Source: Pseudomonadota bacterium (lineage in GTDB: Bacteria > Pseudomonadota > Alphaproteobacteria > Paracaedibacterales > CAIOTO01). From it: a stretch of DNA of 64,000 nucleotides. The notes beneath the pieces are model-generated. The model saw only the letters and a program-made list of their open reading frames with translations. It was not told the origin of the DNA and searched no databases. Below, one piece after another: positions 20,160 to 28,992 of the stretch. The stretch is from NCBI GenBank assembly GCA_040387495.1, contig JAZKDQ010000001.1, positions 186,001 to 250,000 on the forward strand, in the 5' to 3' direction. A program made the translations under genes and the position numbers. The stretch's first letter is position 1. Each line of letters starts with the position of its first letter.

Positions 20160-20370
20160 TCTTATGAAAAATAGGTGGGTAGATAAGCATTAAATATTTT
20201 AAGAACTTCTAGCTTCATTGCGCTCAGACACGACAAGGTATTGAATGGACTATTGTGCATTTGGGCGGGTTAGGTCTGAAAAACCTGGTTATCTAGGGAG
20301 TTAGCAGTGCTCATATAATACAGCAAACTGCGCGATTCGATTCTTGATCGTCTTGTACACAAATTATATG
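20160..20370 (+). pseudogene. Highly degraded IS remnants (IS5-like C-terminus and IstB-like fragment)
   Basis: Broken frames give KNRWV, IALRHDK (20217-20237; cf. IS5-family IATRYDK) and LRDSILDRLVHKLY (20328-20369; cf. IstB DAILDRLVH). Confidence 0.35.
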
Positions 20371-20403
20371 TGAACATTTCTATTCTACTAGGGGCGTATC
20401 TTT

Positions 20404-23067
20404 TTATCCTTTAGTCGCAGGGGCCGGGGTGTCCGCATTTTTTGTATCTTTTTCAATCATCCCTTTTTTAGGCAACTTTTCACCTGGGCGTTCCAGCTCT
20501 CTTTTTATGTAACTTGAAATATTAGTTATATCAGCAAGTGCCATTTCTGCTTCATCTCTTTGCCTGAGTTGATTGTTGGTAGAACGTGTGAAAAATTGAA
20601 AACTTTTCTGATCTTTCATTAATTCTTTATAAGTGCTACCTAGCTCACGGAGCTTTTTTATTTGATTATCCATTGAATACATAATAGCCAAATCATTGAG
20701 TAGTGTTATAAGCTGCTTTGGATTTTTTTTAGCATCGATTAAGTATTGTGTTGAAGAAAGCTTTTCAGCTGCATCATGCCATTTTTTGTTTTGGGCATAA
20801 ATCTTTGCTGCCAGAATTCCGTGTTCACGAGCCGTTGATGCATTAAGTAAAGTTAAGGCTTCTGCTGTTTTTTTGTCCCCTAGAAGTGCGTGCGCTTGAC
20901 GTATGATGAGTTTTGATTTTTGTTCAATTGTCGCAATTTCTTGAGGAAATGTATTTATGACAGCAAGGGCTGCGTCATATTTTTGATTGTGCATATGTAT
21001 ATCTATAATTTTAAAGATCACCTCAATTTTTTCAGGAGAGTCATGTTTGTTTTCTAAATTACGGCTTAATAGTTCGGCGGCTTCATCAAGTAAGTCTATT
21101 TTTTCGTATTGTTCTACCACTACTTTTATAATATCATCACCAGCTTTGCCTTCTGGAATAAATTCCAGATATTCACCATATGTTTTTATGATTTTAAGAG
21201 GAGATAAGCCATTGATATTTTGAAAATATTTGGTATAAAAATGCTTAATATTAAAATCAATTAACTCCACGCCAGAGCGGTTTGGAAATAAACGTTTTAA
21301 TTCAGAGAGTTGTGCAAGAGAATCAGAATAACGTTTTTCTATTTCTAGTAGATGAACAAGTTTTTGTGAGATTCGATATTCAAGGCTTCCTCCTCTCCAT
21401 TTAAAACGAAGATCATAAAGTTTTTGAATGGCTTCTTTTAATGACTGTTCTTTTAACTTCAAATTGTTTAATACATTTAGGAATTCAGTCTCTACTAAAA
21501 GTTCCATGGGGGTTTTATCTGGGTAATTTTCTAAATGCATTTCTTTTAACAGTTTATTGCTACTTTTAAATTCCTTTTTCTCGTAAAGAGTTTTTGCTTG
21601 ATATAGGTCTTTTATCCATTTCAAAGATAATGAATTGTCATTTTTCTCTGCACCAAGCAGTAAGTAAACAGCGCTAAAATTATGTAAGCTCTCAGCTATT
21701 TTAAGGCTATGTTGGATAAGAACTTCATGTAGTGAGGTTGGATAGTGTTCTAATATAGGTCCAATATTAAAAATAAGTTGATTAATCCCCTTGCATTGTC
21801 CAAGTGCGCTTGCAGCCAGTTGCTTCCACACGGCGATTTCTAATGTGTTTGGTAATGTTTGCCAGCAATTAAGCGCGTCTTTATATTCTTGATTTAGAAA
21901 ATGCGCCATTCCAAGTAGAGCTTTATAAAGAGGATGATAAACAGCTTTTGGATATTGTATGGCGGCAGTTTTGAGATAAATTTTCGCATCTTGGCCTAAG
22001 TTAAGTGCGATACTTATCCATGCCCACTGGAGTTGTTTTTCAAGGGTGTATGGGGGATTTAGTTCATTTTTTTCATTCATAAGTCCCAATCGTTCTTGCG
22101 TAAGATTCCGTTTTGGGTGAACATCGAAGATATTTTGATAATGCCGAGCATTGGTTGGTGGAGCGAGGGCCACTGCCGTGATTGGATGGCTGATGTGAAG
22201 TTGATTATCTTTAAGAACAAACTGTGTCTTATTTGATAGATTTTGGACGGCAAAACCTTGTTGAGTTAATACTGTTTTAAAGTAAGGTGTCTGGTATAAA
22301 TGTTGATAGCCGCCGTCAGGCTTAGTTGTCATATATACATAATAAGTATCGTTATCAAGCATAACAAAAGCTTCACTGCCTCCTGAAACAAGTGGCTTCA
22401 TAATAATATTGGGCCATTGCTTTTCTTCAAGTGAAAGAAGTGCTGGTGTTGGTGTTTGCACAAAAGTACTCGCAACGTCTTGATAAAAAAAGTTTAAATA
22501 GATGTTTTTTTCTTTGTTTTCTAAGTTTGTGTAGATATGTGGTTCCAGAGTGAATCTAAAAATTAATACTTTTGGATCATCGATGGCGGTTATATCCTTA
22601 ATAAAAGATATATTTTGGGTTAGATCAGGCAATTGAAAGCTATACTTTTTATCCATGATAAGAAAGAAACCATTATTTGCCGCAATAATAGCAAAGGCAG
22701 GGGATAGCTTTGTTTTAATGTGTAAGCGAAATGTTTTTCCCTGCATATCTGGCGCTAAAATAATATCTGGTGTTTTAATAGCTGTTGGTTTAACCATTTG
22801 AGGTTCTGCATTGCTAATAGGTAGGGTAGGTACTATTTTTGTCGTACTTTTCTGTGGTGTTGTTTTTGATTTAGGAGATTTCTTCTTATTCTTTTTTGTA
22901 TTTGAACTTTGGGCAACTTCTTTTACTGTTTTTTTAGCAGGAGCTTCTGTTGTCTTCTGTATATTTCCATCGGCTGATATGACAATTTGATCACCTGCTA
23001 AAATGGTAGAAGCATTTAAAAGTAAAATTGAAAGCAGCACGAGCACTACATAGATATTTTTTTTCAT
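20404..23067 (-). CDS. Large exported TPR/helical-repeat protein
   Basis: Signal peptide MKKNIYVVLVLLSILLLNASTILA, Lys/Thr/Pro-rich linker, TPR-like helices (LLGMAHFLNQEYKDALNCW, AKIYAQNKKWHDAAEKL), LRFKWRGGSLE; ATG at 23067 overlaps the secretin stop (TAATG). Confidence 0.7.
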   Translation of the reverse strand: MKKNIYVVLVLLSILLLNASTILAGDQIVISADGNIQKTTEAPAKKTVKEVAQSSNTKKNKKKSPKSKTTPQKSTTKIVPTLPISNAEPQMVKPTAIKTPDIILAPDMQGKTFRLHIKTKLSPAFAIIAANNGFFLIMDKKYSFQLPDLTQNISFIKDITAIDDPKVLIFRFTLEPHIYTNLENKEKNIYLNFFYQDVASTFVQTPTPALLSLEEKQWPNIIMKPLVSGGSEAFVMLDNDTYYVYMTTKPDGGYQHLYQTPYFKTVLTQQGFAVQNLSNKTQFVLKDNQLHISHPITAVALAPPTNARHYQNIFDVHPKRNLTQERLGLMNEKNELNPPYTLEKQLQWAWISIALNLGQDAKIYLKTAAIQYPKAVYHPLYKALLGMAHFLNQEYKDALNCWQTLPNTLEIAVWKQLAASALGQCKGINQLIFNIGPILEHYPTSLHEVLIQHSLKIAESLHNFSAVYLLLGAEKNDNSLSLKWIKDLYQAKTLYEKKEFKSSNKLLKEMHLENYPDKTPMELLVETEFLNVLNNLKLKEQSLKEAIQKLYDLRFKWRGGSLEYRISQKLVHLLEIEKRYSDSLAQLSELKRLFPNRSGVELIDFNIKHFYTKYFQNINGLSPLKIIKTYGEYLEFIPEGKAGDDIIKVVVEQYEKIDLLDEAAELLSRNLENKHDSPEKIEVIFKIIDIHMHNQKYDAALAVINTFPQEIATIEQKSKLIIRQAHALLGDKKTAEALTLLNASTAREHGILAAKIYAQNKKWHDAAEKLSSTQYLIDAKKNPKQLITLLNDLAIMYSMDNQIKKLRELGSTYKELMKDQKSFQFFTRSTNNQLRQRDEAEMALADITNISSYIKRELERPGEKLPKKGMIEKDTKNADTPAPATKG

Positions 23068-24740
23068 TATGCTGCCCATTTACGTGAATCTGCGAGATAA
23101 TCTGTTGTAAGACGAACATCTGCTGCATCAGGTGCTGGAGCACCATCAGTAATAGTTGCCTTAAGAATGATTACAAGTTCAACGATGACATCTCCGTCGG
23201 CAGTGCTTGAAACAAGTTCTTTTATAAAATGTAAGTCACCTAGTCCAGGCATTTTACTGGTGTCTTGGTACGACCTTGCTTCCATTAATCCACCCATAAC
23301 ACCAATCTCACCATTTTGCAGCCTTAGAACCGAATCAATTTCACGCACTTCAACAACAGGTATCATTGATGGTGTCCGCTTGATGCTATCCCCTGAGCCT
23401 GATGAATTAGAACTATAGGCAATATCTACGGCAGGATCAGGTATTGATTTGTTGAGGCGTGATATTGTTGGCCGTAAGAATAAAATAATTTCACCAGTTT
23501 CGGGGGCGATCGAGGGATGGACTGACATTACAAGACCAATGGGGACTGTTTGGATATCACTTGAAACACTAACATTGTTGAGGTTAACAGTAGTGCTAAA
23601 TTGTTTGTCATAGTTCATACGGAAATAAACTTGATTTTGTGCGACTTTTAAAATGGCGGTTTGGTTATTCATAACAGTTAGTCGCGGGCTAGAAAGCGTT
23701 CGTGAATGTCCAAATTCTTGTAAGGCACGTAATATGGCTGAGAATGTTGTTCCTTTAGCACCAAAGCTGAACATGCTTTGTTGTGCATCAGAAGGATCTA
23801 AAAATCGACTTTCTTGTGCAGCGGTACCAAATAAAGCTTCTGCATCTAAATCATTGCGTTTAGTCATTTTTCGCCAATCAATGCCGGAACGATATTCTTC
23901 TTTTAAGGTAACTTCAATGATTTTAGCTTCAATCAAAACCTGACTTGACGAGGCGCGTTTGAGTTTTGTTAAATAATCCTTTATTCGCTTATGTGTTTTT
24001 TCAGGTGCATAAATGGTTATAAGTCCGCCTTGTTTATGCACTGAGTAAGTAGACGATTCCTTAGATTTGCTATTTTTTTGTTTTGATTGCTTTTCATTAT
24101 CTTGTGCGAGCAAAATTTTTAGATTAGCTTCAAGTTCTGCCCAGAAATCATTCTTGGTTTCAACACTAACAGAACTATTTGATCCGTTGTCATTATGTGC
24201 CGCCGCTTGACTGGAAGTTCCATTTTGGGTAAAAACGTCTGTTGCAACTGAGATTTTATTTTGACTGCTACGCGATAAATTTAAAAATTGAATATTGTAA
24301 TTCTCGCTGTATGGTGTGTCACGTTCGATCCTGAGTGCTTTATTCTTAATGCGAAAACGAAGATCTGTTAATTCGCATAAATCTTCTATAATTTCTATAA
24401 AGGGGCGGTCTGTCGCTTGAAATACAACTTGAGATTGGATATCTCTATCAAGTTGAAGATCAACTTTAACTTGTCTAGAAAGTTCGCTTAAGATTGGTTT
24501 TAAAGGAATATTTTCCGTAACAGAAATAGATACTGTTTTGTAGAAATTAGGAGGATATGTAGGTTTTTTTTGTGTTTCTAATTGGGTCTTTTTAATGCGT
24601 GGAAGGAGGGCGTCTGGTGTTGTAGTAAGGGTTTTTAGGTCTTCGGGTGTAATTGGTTTGTTTATTTCAGTACGGTTGGCAAGTTCACGGCATCCAGTTA
24701 ACATAAAAATTGCTACAATAACATATGCTATACGATGCAT
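23067..24740 (-). CDS. Outer-membrane secretin, MshL/BfpB-like lipoprotein type
   Basis: Lipobox MLTGC; STN-like segment; Ser/Asn-rich loop then NDFWAELE; QVLIEAKIIEVTL..EYRSGIDW, LSSPRLTVMNNQTAILKV, VREIDSVLRLQNGEIGVMGGLM, MPGLGDL, ELVIILKATI. Confidence 0.9.
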   Translation of the reverse strand: MHRIAYVIVAIFMLTGCRELANRTEINKPITPEDLKTLTTTPDALLPRIKKTQLETQKKPTYPPNFYKTVSISVTENIPLKPILSELSRQVKVDLQLDRDIQSQVVFQATDRPFIEIIEDLCELTDLRFRIKNKALRIERDTPYSENYNIQFLNLSRSSQNKISVATDVFTQNGTSSQAAAHNDNGSNSSVSVETKNDFWAELEANLKILLAQDNEKQSKQKNSKSKESSTYSVHKQGGLITIYAPEKTHKRIKDYLTKLKRASSSQVLIEAKIIEVTLKEEYRSGIDWRKMTKRNDLDAEALFGTAAQESRFLDPSDAQQSMFSFGAKGTTFSAILRALQEFGHSRTLSSPRLTVMNNQTAILKVAQNQVYFRMNYDKQFSTTVNLNNVSVSSDIQTVPIGLVMSVHPSIAPETGEIILFLRPTISRLNKSIPDPAVDIAYSSNSSGSGDSIKRTPSMIPVVEVREIDSVLRLQNGEIGVMGGLMEARSYQDTSKMPGLGDLHFIKELVSSTADGDVIVELVIILKATITDGAPAPDAADVRLTTDYLADSRKWAA

Positions 24741-24858
24741 TTATTTGTTCCTTTATTTGCCTAATCTGATCCCAATTTCACACAAAAATTAAGTATGAAA
24801 AGAGTAAGATCATTAGTATAAGGCTAACAAGGTTTTTACGCAATTTGCAATGATTAGA

Positions 24859-25731
24859 TTAAATTTTTTGTAAAATTAAATCTAAATTAATATGTGTGCT
24901 TTTCATTGCCTGGATTGTATTTGCCATGAGATAAGCAATCGTCATGGGACCCACACCAAAAGGAACAGGTGTTATAGCGTCAGCAATATGTACAATTTCA
25001 TCGAAAGCAACATCGCCGCTTAGACTGCCGTCCGTTAAGCGGTTCATACCCACGTCAATAATGCATGCTCCAGGTTTTACGTGTTCTTTGCGAATTAACT
25101 TTGGTGATCCACACGCAGCAATAAGGATGTCGGCTTGCTTTGTATGCATTTCAAGATTTTTCGTCTTGGAATGGCATAATGTGACCGTAGCATTGGCATG
25201 TGTTAATAAAAGTGATAAAGGTTTTCCAACAAGTGTCGACCTTCCTACAATAACAGCATTAAGACCTGAAATGTCTTGTCTCCATTGTTTTAATATATGC
25301 ATGCAACCCAGCGGTGTGCACGATACAAGTGAAGGCGTTCCACGCAAAAGTCTGCCAAGATTAATCGAGGTCAGGCCGTCTACATCTTTTTCAGGTGAGA
25401 TTGTATCGATAATTTCATTTGCATTGAGATGTGGGGGCAAAGGTAGTTGTACGAGTATGCCATCAACTTCAGGGTTTTTATTCAAATCATGCAATATGTC
25501 TAATACTGTTTTTTTATCAATTGTTTCGTCGAGTCGGTGCACGGTTGATTGAATGCCAAATTCTTGTGCACGTTTTTGTTTCATCGAAACATAGACTAAG
25601 CTTCCTGGATTACTACCAATGAGGAGTACATGGAGAGAGGGTGCACGTCCATGCGTTTCTTTTAGCGCCGCGCACTGTTTTGTGAGAACATTTTTTAGTT
25701 CAGCAGCGTAGAGTTTACCATCAAGAATCAA
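24859..25731 (-). CDS. folD: Bifunctional methylenetetrahydrofolate dehydrogenase/cyclohydrolase
   Basis: ILDGK, DGILVQLPLP, EKDVDG, SCTPLG, GRSTLVGKP, ITPVPFGVGPMT; TTG start. Confidence 0.96.
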   Translation of the reverse strand: MILDGKLYAAELKNVLTKQCAALKETHGRAPSLHVLLIGSNPGSLVYVSMKQKRAQEFGIQSTVHRLDETIDKKTVLDILHDLNKNPEVDGILVQLPLPPHLNANEIIDTISPEKDVDGLTSINLGRLLRGTPSLVSCTPLGCMHILKQWRQDISGLNAVIVGRSTLVGKPLSLLLTHANATVTLCHSKTKNLEMHTKQADILIAACGSPKLIRKEHVKPGACIIDVGMNRLTDGSLSGDVAFDEIVHIADAITPVPFGVGPMTIAYLMANTIQAMKSTHINLDLILQKI

Positions 25732-25771
25732 AAGAGAATCCCATTTATTTTATTAACTTTTCTAATAAACG

Positions 25772-26122
25772 CTATTTTTGGACGCGACGCAAGTTTTCCA
25801 CGAGTGCTATTAGCAATGTTCGTATTAATGGTGGCGATTGCAACAACGCTTCTTCTAGTTTTTTAGAATTAACTTTAATGCAGGTTGCTCCGTGTTGTCC
25901 CGCTTCCGCTGTTGCCATACGTAAGGATGAATCAATGAGGGCCATTTCACCGAAAATTTTCCCTTTGCCTATTGTGGCAAGTATTTTTCTTTCATTATTG
26001 ATGTTTTTCCAAATTATGATTTCACCGTCTTCGATGATAAACATTTCATACCCTGGATCACCTTCTTCAAAAATGGCTTTCCCGGCTTGATAAAATTCAC
26101 GTACGTAAACGGTACCACTCAT
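25772..26122 (-). CDS. Stand-alone cyclic nucleotide-binding domain protein
   Basis: IFEEGDPGYEMFIIEDG, GKIFGEMALIDSSLRMATAEA (phosphate-binding cassette); 116 aa with no HTH. Confidence 0.88.
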   Translation of the reverse strand: MSGTVYVREFYQAGKAIFEEGDPGYEMFIIEDGEIIIWKNINNERKILATIGKGKIFGEMALIDSSLRMATAEAGQHGATCIKVNSKKLEEALLQSPPLIRTLLIALVENLRRVQK

Positions 26123-26190
26123 TATCTTTGCTCATGCTTAATATTTAGATTATACTGCTATTGTATTTTAAAAAAGTTAGGAAACTGTTA

Positions 26191-26466
26191 ATGGAATGGA
26201 TTGGCTATATTGCTGGGTTTTGCACAACAATTGCATTTCTACCGCAAGTAATTAGGACGTACAAGACGAGATCTGCTAAAGATATTTCGCTTGGGATGTA
26301 CCTTGCTTTTTGTTTTGGGGTGATTATGTGGCTATTTTATGGACTCTCTATCCATGCGATGGCAATTGTATGGGCCAATATGGCGACAATATTCCTTGCA
26401 GGCAGTATGTTGGCTATGAAAATCATATTTGATCGCAGAGAGAAAAAAGGTAAAGACGCAAAATGA
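26191..26466 (+). CDS. SemiSWEET (PQ-loop/MtN3) sugar transporter
   Basis: IGYIAGFCTTIAFLPQVIRTYKTRSAKDISLGMY, WLFYG, IVWAN; 3 TM; ATG at 26191 after AGGA. Confidence 0.92.
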   Translation: MEWIGYIAGFCTTIAFLPQVIRTYKTRSAKDISLGMYLAFCFGVIMWLFYGLSIHAMAIVWANMATIFLAGSMLAMKIIFDRREKKGKDAK

Positions 26467-26500
26467 TATGCACCTTTTAAAGCAACGTTAACGAACCTTT

Positions 26501-26589
26501 ACCGTCATGGCAAGACCAAAGGGTTCAGCCATCCAGGCTGTTAAAATACATGGATGGCCACGAAAGCTAGGCTTTCTCGCAATGACGGT
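26501..26589. repeat. REP/RPE-like palindromic element, family A
   Basis: ACCGTCATGGCAAG..GCCATCCA...TGGATGGCCACG..CTCGCAATGACGGT between convergent genes. Confidence 0.75.
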
Positions 26590-26617
26590 GAATGGAAATA
26601 ACCAGAGATGGTATATC

Positions 26618-27424
26618 TTAAGCTTTGAGTTTTTTCATTAAAGTAGCATGCATTTCAGCATTGCCCGCAACGATGCTATTTGCTTCGAACGTTTTCTGTT
26701 GTCCCTTAATATCTGTGACAATGCCCCCAGCTTCTTGAACCATCAAGATACCGGCTGCGTAATCCCAAATATGCATGGGTTCTTCGAAAAAGACATCAAA
26801 ACGACCGCAAGCTACATATGCTAAATCAAGCGATGCTGCTCCCATGCGACGAACGCCGGCTGCGTGAGGTAACACGCGCGTTAAACGTTCTTTAAATAGT
26901 TCAGGGTCGCCATAATGACCGAATGGCGCACCAATGCCAACGAGAGCCTCGTCAAATTGACGTCTTCCGGATACACGGATACGACGTTGATTTAAAAACG
27001 TACCACGGCCTTTTTCTGCCCAAAACATTTCATCTTTAATAGGATCATACGTTACACCAGCAATGATTTCATCATTCATTTGCAAGGCAACAGTGATTGC
27101 AAAGTGTGGAATCCCATGTAGAAAATTAGTTGTTCCGTCTAGTGGATCTATGATCCAACGTTGCGTAGGATCTTCGCCAGGTATTTCACCAGATTCTTCC
27201 GTAATGAATCCAAATTTTGGACGTGCTTTTCTAAGTTCACTGATGAGGATATCTTCAGATCGATGATCGGCTGTGGAAACAAAATCTCCCAAACCTTTGC
27301 GTGAGACTTGTAATTGCTCAACTTCGCCAAAGTCACGAACAAGGCCACGTGCCGCTTTTTCAATAGCAGCAGTCATAACATTAACAAGTGCTGAGCGAGT
27401 CGTAAAACGAGATGAAACGTGCAT
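26618..27424 (-). CDS. suhB: Inositol monophosphatase family protein SuhB
   Basis: RDFGEVEQLQVSRKGLGDFVS, WIIDPLDGTTNFLHGIPHF, RRMGAASLDLAYVACGR, WDYAAG. Confidence 0.93.
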   Translation of the reverse strand: MHVSSRFTTRSALVNVMTAAIEKAARGLVRDFGEVEQLQVSRKGLGDFVSTADHRSEDILISELRKARPKFGFITEESGEIPGEDPTQRWIIDPLDGTTNFLHGIPHFAITVALQMNDEIIAGVTYDPIKDEMFWAEKGRGTFLNQRRIRVSGRRQFDEALVGIGAPFGHYGDPELFKERLTRVLPHAAGVRRMGAASLDLAYVACGRFDVFFEEPMHIWDYAAGILMVQEAGGIVTDIKGQQKTFEANSIVAGNAEMHATLMKKLKA

Positions 27425-27990
27425 TAGTCTTTAGACCGTTCAACGTATGTGCAATCGGCAGTATTTACGACAACACGCATTCCTGTGCCGATATGCGGAG
27501 GAACCATCACGCGTAGTCCATTAGCCAAGGTTGCTGGTTTAAATGATGAGGAAGCAGTTTGTCCTTTTATAACAGGCTCTGCGTCAGTGATTTCTAAAAT
27601 AACTGTATCAGGTAATTTAACGCTAATCGCGCGGCCTTCGTGCATGGATAAATTTACGATCATTCCATCTTGTAAGAATGCGGCTGCATCACCAACAAAA
27701 TCGCGTGGAAGGTTGATTTGATCAAATGTCTCTTGATCCATAAATACTAAGTCATCACCTTCGGCATAAAGAAATTGGTGCGCCATTTCATCAAGGTAAA
27801 CACGTTCAACTGATTCTGCAGAACGAAAACGCTCATTAAGCTTTGTGCCTTCGATCAAGCTTTTCATTTCGGCTTGCATGTAAGCACCGCCTTTGCCTGG
27901 TTGCACATGTTGTGTTTTTGTGACAACCCATAGCTTGTTCTGGTAATCAATAATGTTACCAACACGAATTTCGTTTCCACTTATTTTCAC
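27424..27990 (-). CDS. efp: Elongation factor P
   Basis: [38 protein letters not shown]. Confidence 0.97.
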   Translation of the reverse strand: MKISGNEIRVGNIIDYQNKLWVVTKTQHVQPGKGGAYMQAEMKSLIEGTKLNERFRSAESVERVYLDEMAHQFLYAEGDDLVFMDQETFDQINLPRDFVGDAAAFLQDGMIVNLSMHEGRAISVKLPDTVILEITDAEPVIKGQTASSSFKPATLANGLRVMVPPHIGTGMRVVVNTADCTYVERSKD

Positions 27991-28027
27991 GAGGGGGACT
28001 TCCTATAGGAATAAATTCAAAGATCTT

Positions 28028-28104
28028 TGGTAGCGGAGGAGGGACTCGAACCCCCGACACGCGGATTATGATTCCGCTGCTCTAACCAGCTGAGCTACTC
28101 CGCC
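28028..28104 (-). tRNA. tRNA-Met (CAT), probably elongator
   Basis: Reverse complement GGCGGAGTAGCTCAGCTGGTTAGAGCAGCGGAATCATAATCCGCGTGTCGGGGGTTCGAGTCCCTCCTCCGCTACCA; 77-nt cloverleaf with encoded CCA; lacks initiator features (Ile2 not strictly excluded). Confidence 0.93.
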
Positions 28105-28117
28105 AAACGATCAACCT

Positions 28118-28146
28118 TTTATAGCCTTATTTTAAAGAAATGTCAA
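28118..28146 (-). promoter_or_regulatory. Sigma70-like promoter for tRNA-Met/efp
   Basis: TTGACA-17 nt-TATAAA on the minus strand just upstream of the tRNA. Confidence 0.55.
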
Positions 28147-28171
28147 TTACTGACATTTGAAAAATAAATTT

Positions 28172-28711
28172 TTATGATGCTACTTCTGTTCCTTTTGGTG
28201 CATACGCCGTAATTAAGGCATCCAATTCACCTTGTGAGCAAAAACCGAGCTGCACAGGATTGCGTGGTTTTATTTGTGGGGAATTCCAGTGCGTCTTTGT
28301 TTTTATAGAACGAATCATGGGTTTTGTTGTGCCAAGTAACCGTGTTAGAGCAATTTCTGGAATATCAGGATAGAATTTTATCATCCAAGCGATTGCGTCT
28401 GGGCGATCTTGACGTTTTGATAAAGGTGTGTAGCGACTTTTTTTCTTACCAAGCACAGAATCTGCACTGATTGCGGGGCGTATAACAAGTCTTGCATTTG
28501 GATCATTTTCACAACGATGGATTTCATCAAGAGTTAGCTGAGATGATGCAATTGGATCAAAGCCAACGATGCGGATTGAATTTTCGTTGTCAGCAAGTGA
28601 TTGGATTTCTAATATATGAATTCCACAAAAAGCAGATATTTGATCAAAAGTCAGCGCTGTGTTTTCGATTAACCAAACGGCAGTTGCTTTTGGCATTAAT
28701 GGTATTGTCAT
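28172..28711 (-). CDS. trcR: DUF1013 family cell-cycle transcriptional regulator TrcR
   Basis: PLMPKATAVWLIENTALTFDQI..FCG.H.LEIQ..AD, RYTPLSKRQDRPDAIAW, THWN..IKPRNPVQLG. Confidence 0.88.
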   Translation of the reverse strand: MTIPLMPKATAVWLIENTALTFDQISAFCGIHILEIQSLADNENSIRIVGFDPIASSQLTLDEIHRCENDPNARLVIRPAISADSVLGKKKSRYTPLSKRQDRPDAIAWMIKFYPDIPEIALTRLLGTTKPMIRSIKTKTHWNSPQIKPRNPVQLGFCSQGELDALITAYAPKGTEVAS

Positions 28712-28992
28712 TAACTATCTCCTATTACTTCGTGTTTTTGTTGATGATTATTTTTTTGTCTTGCCGGTAGTATGCTTCGATCACTGATAAAGTGCAAAGG
28801 TTTTTTTATGAGTTATTTTAATTCAAATACCTTGGTTTTGAAGATCTTGCGTTTTTTTCAACGATGTATGTGCGTCAGTTAAGACACAGGTGGAGGAGCA
28901 TACATGTGATTAAAGCGAAAAAAGATCCTTTACAATTAGTTAAAAATGACTGACTATTTAATAAAAGTTTAACCATTTATGGAGTTAATTTA

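Noticed and set aside
24944..25552. 202-aa antisense ORF over folD, and the many other short antisense or overlapping ORFs in the track
   Set aside because: They lie within well-supported genes and show no motifs; expected shadow ORFs.
27424..27990. EF-P loop reads QPGKG rather than KPGKG
   Set aside because: The modified Lys within PGKG is intact; a minor variant.
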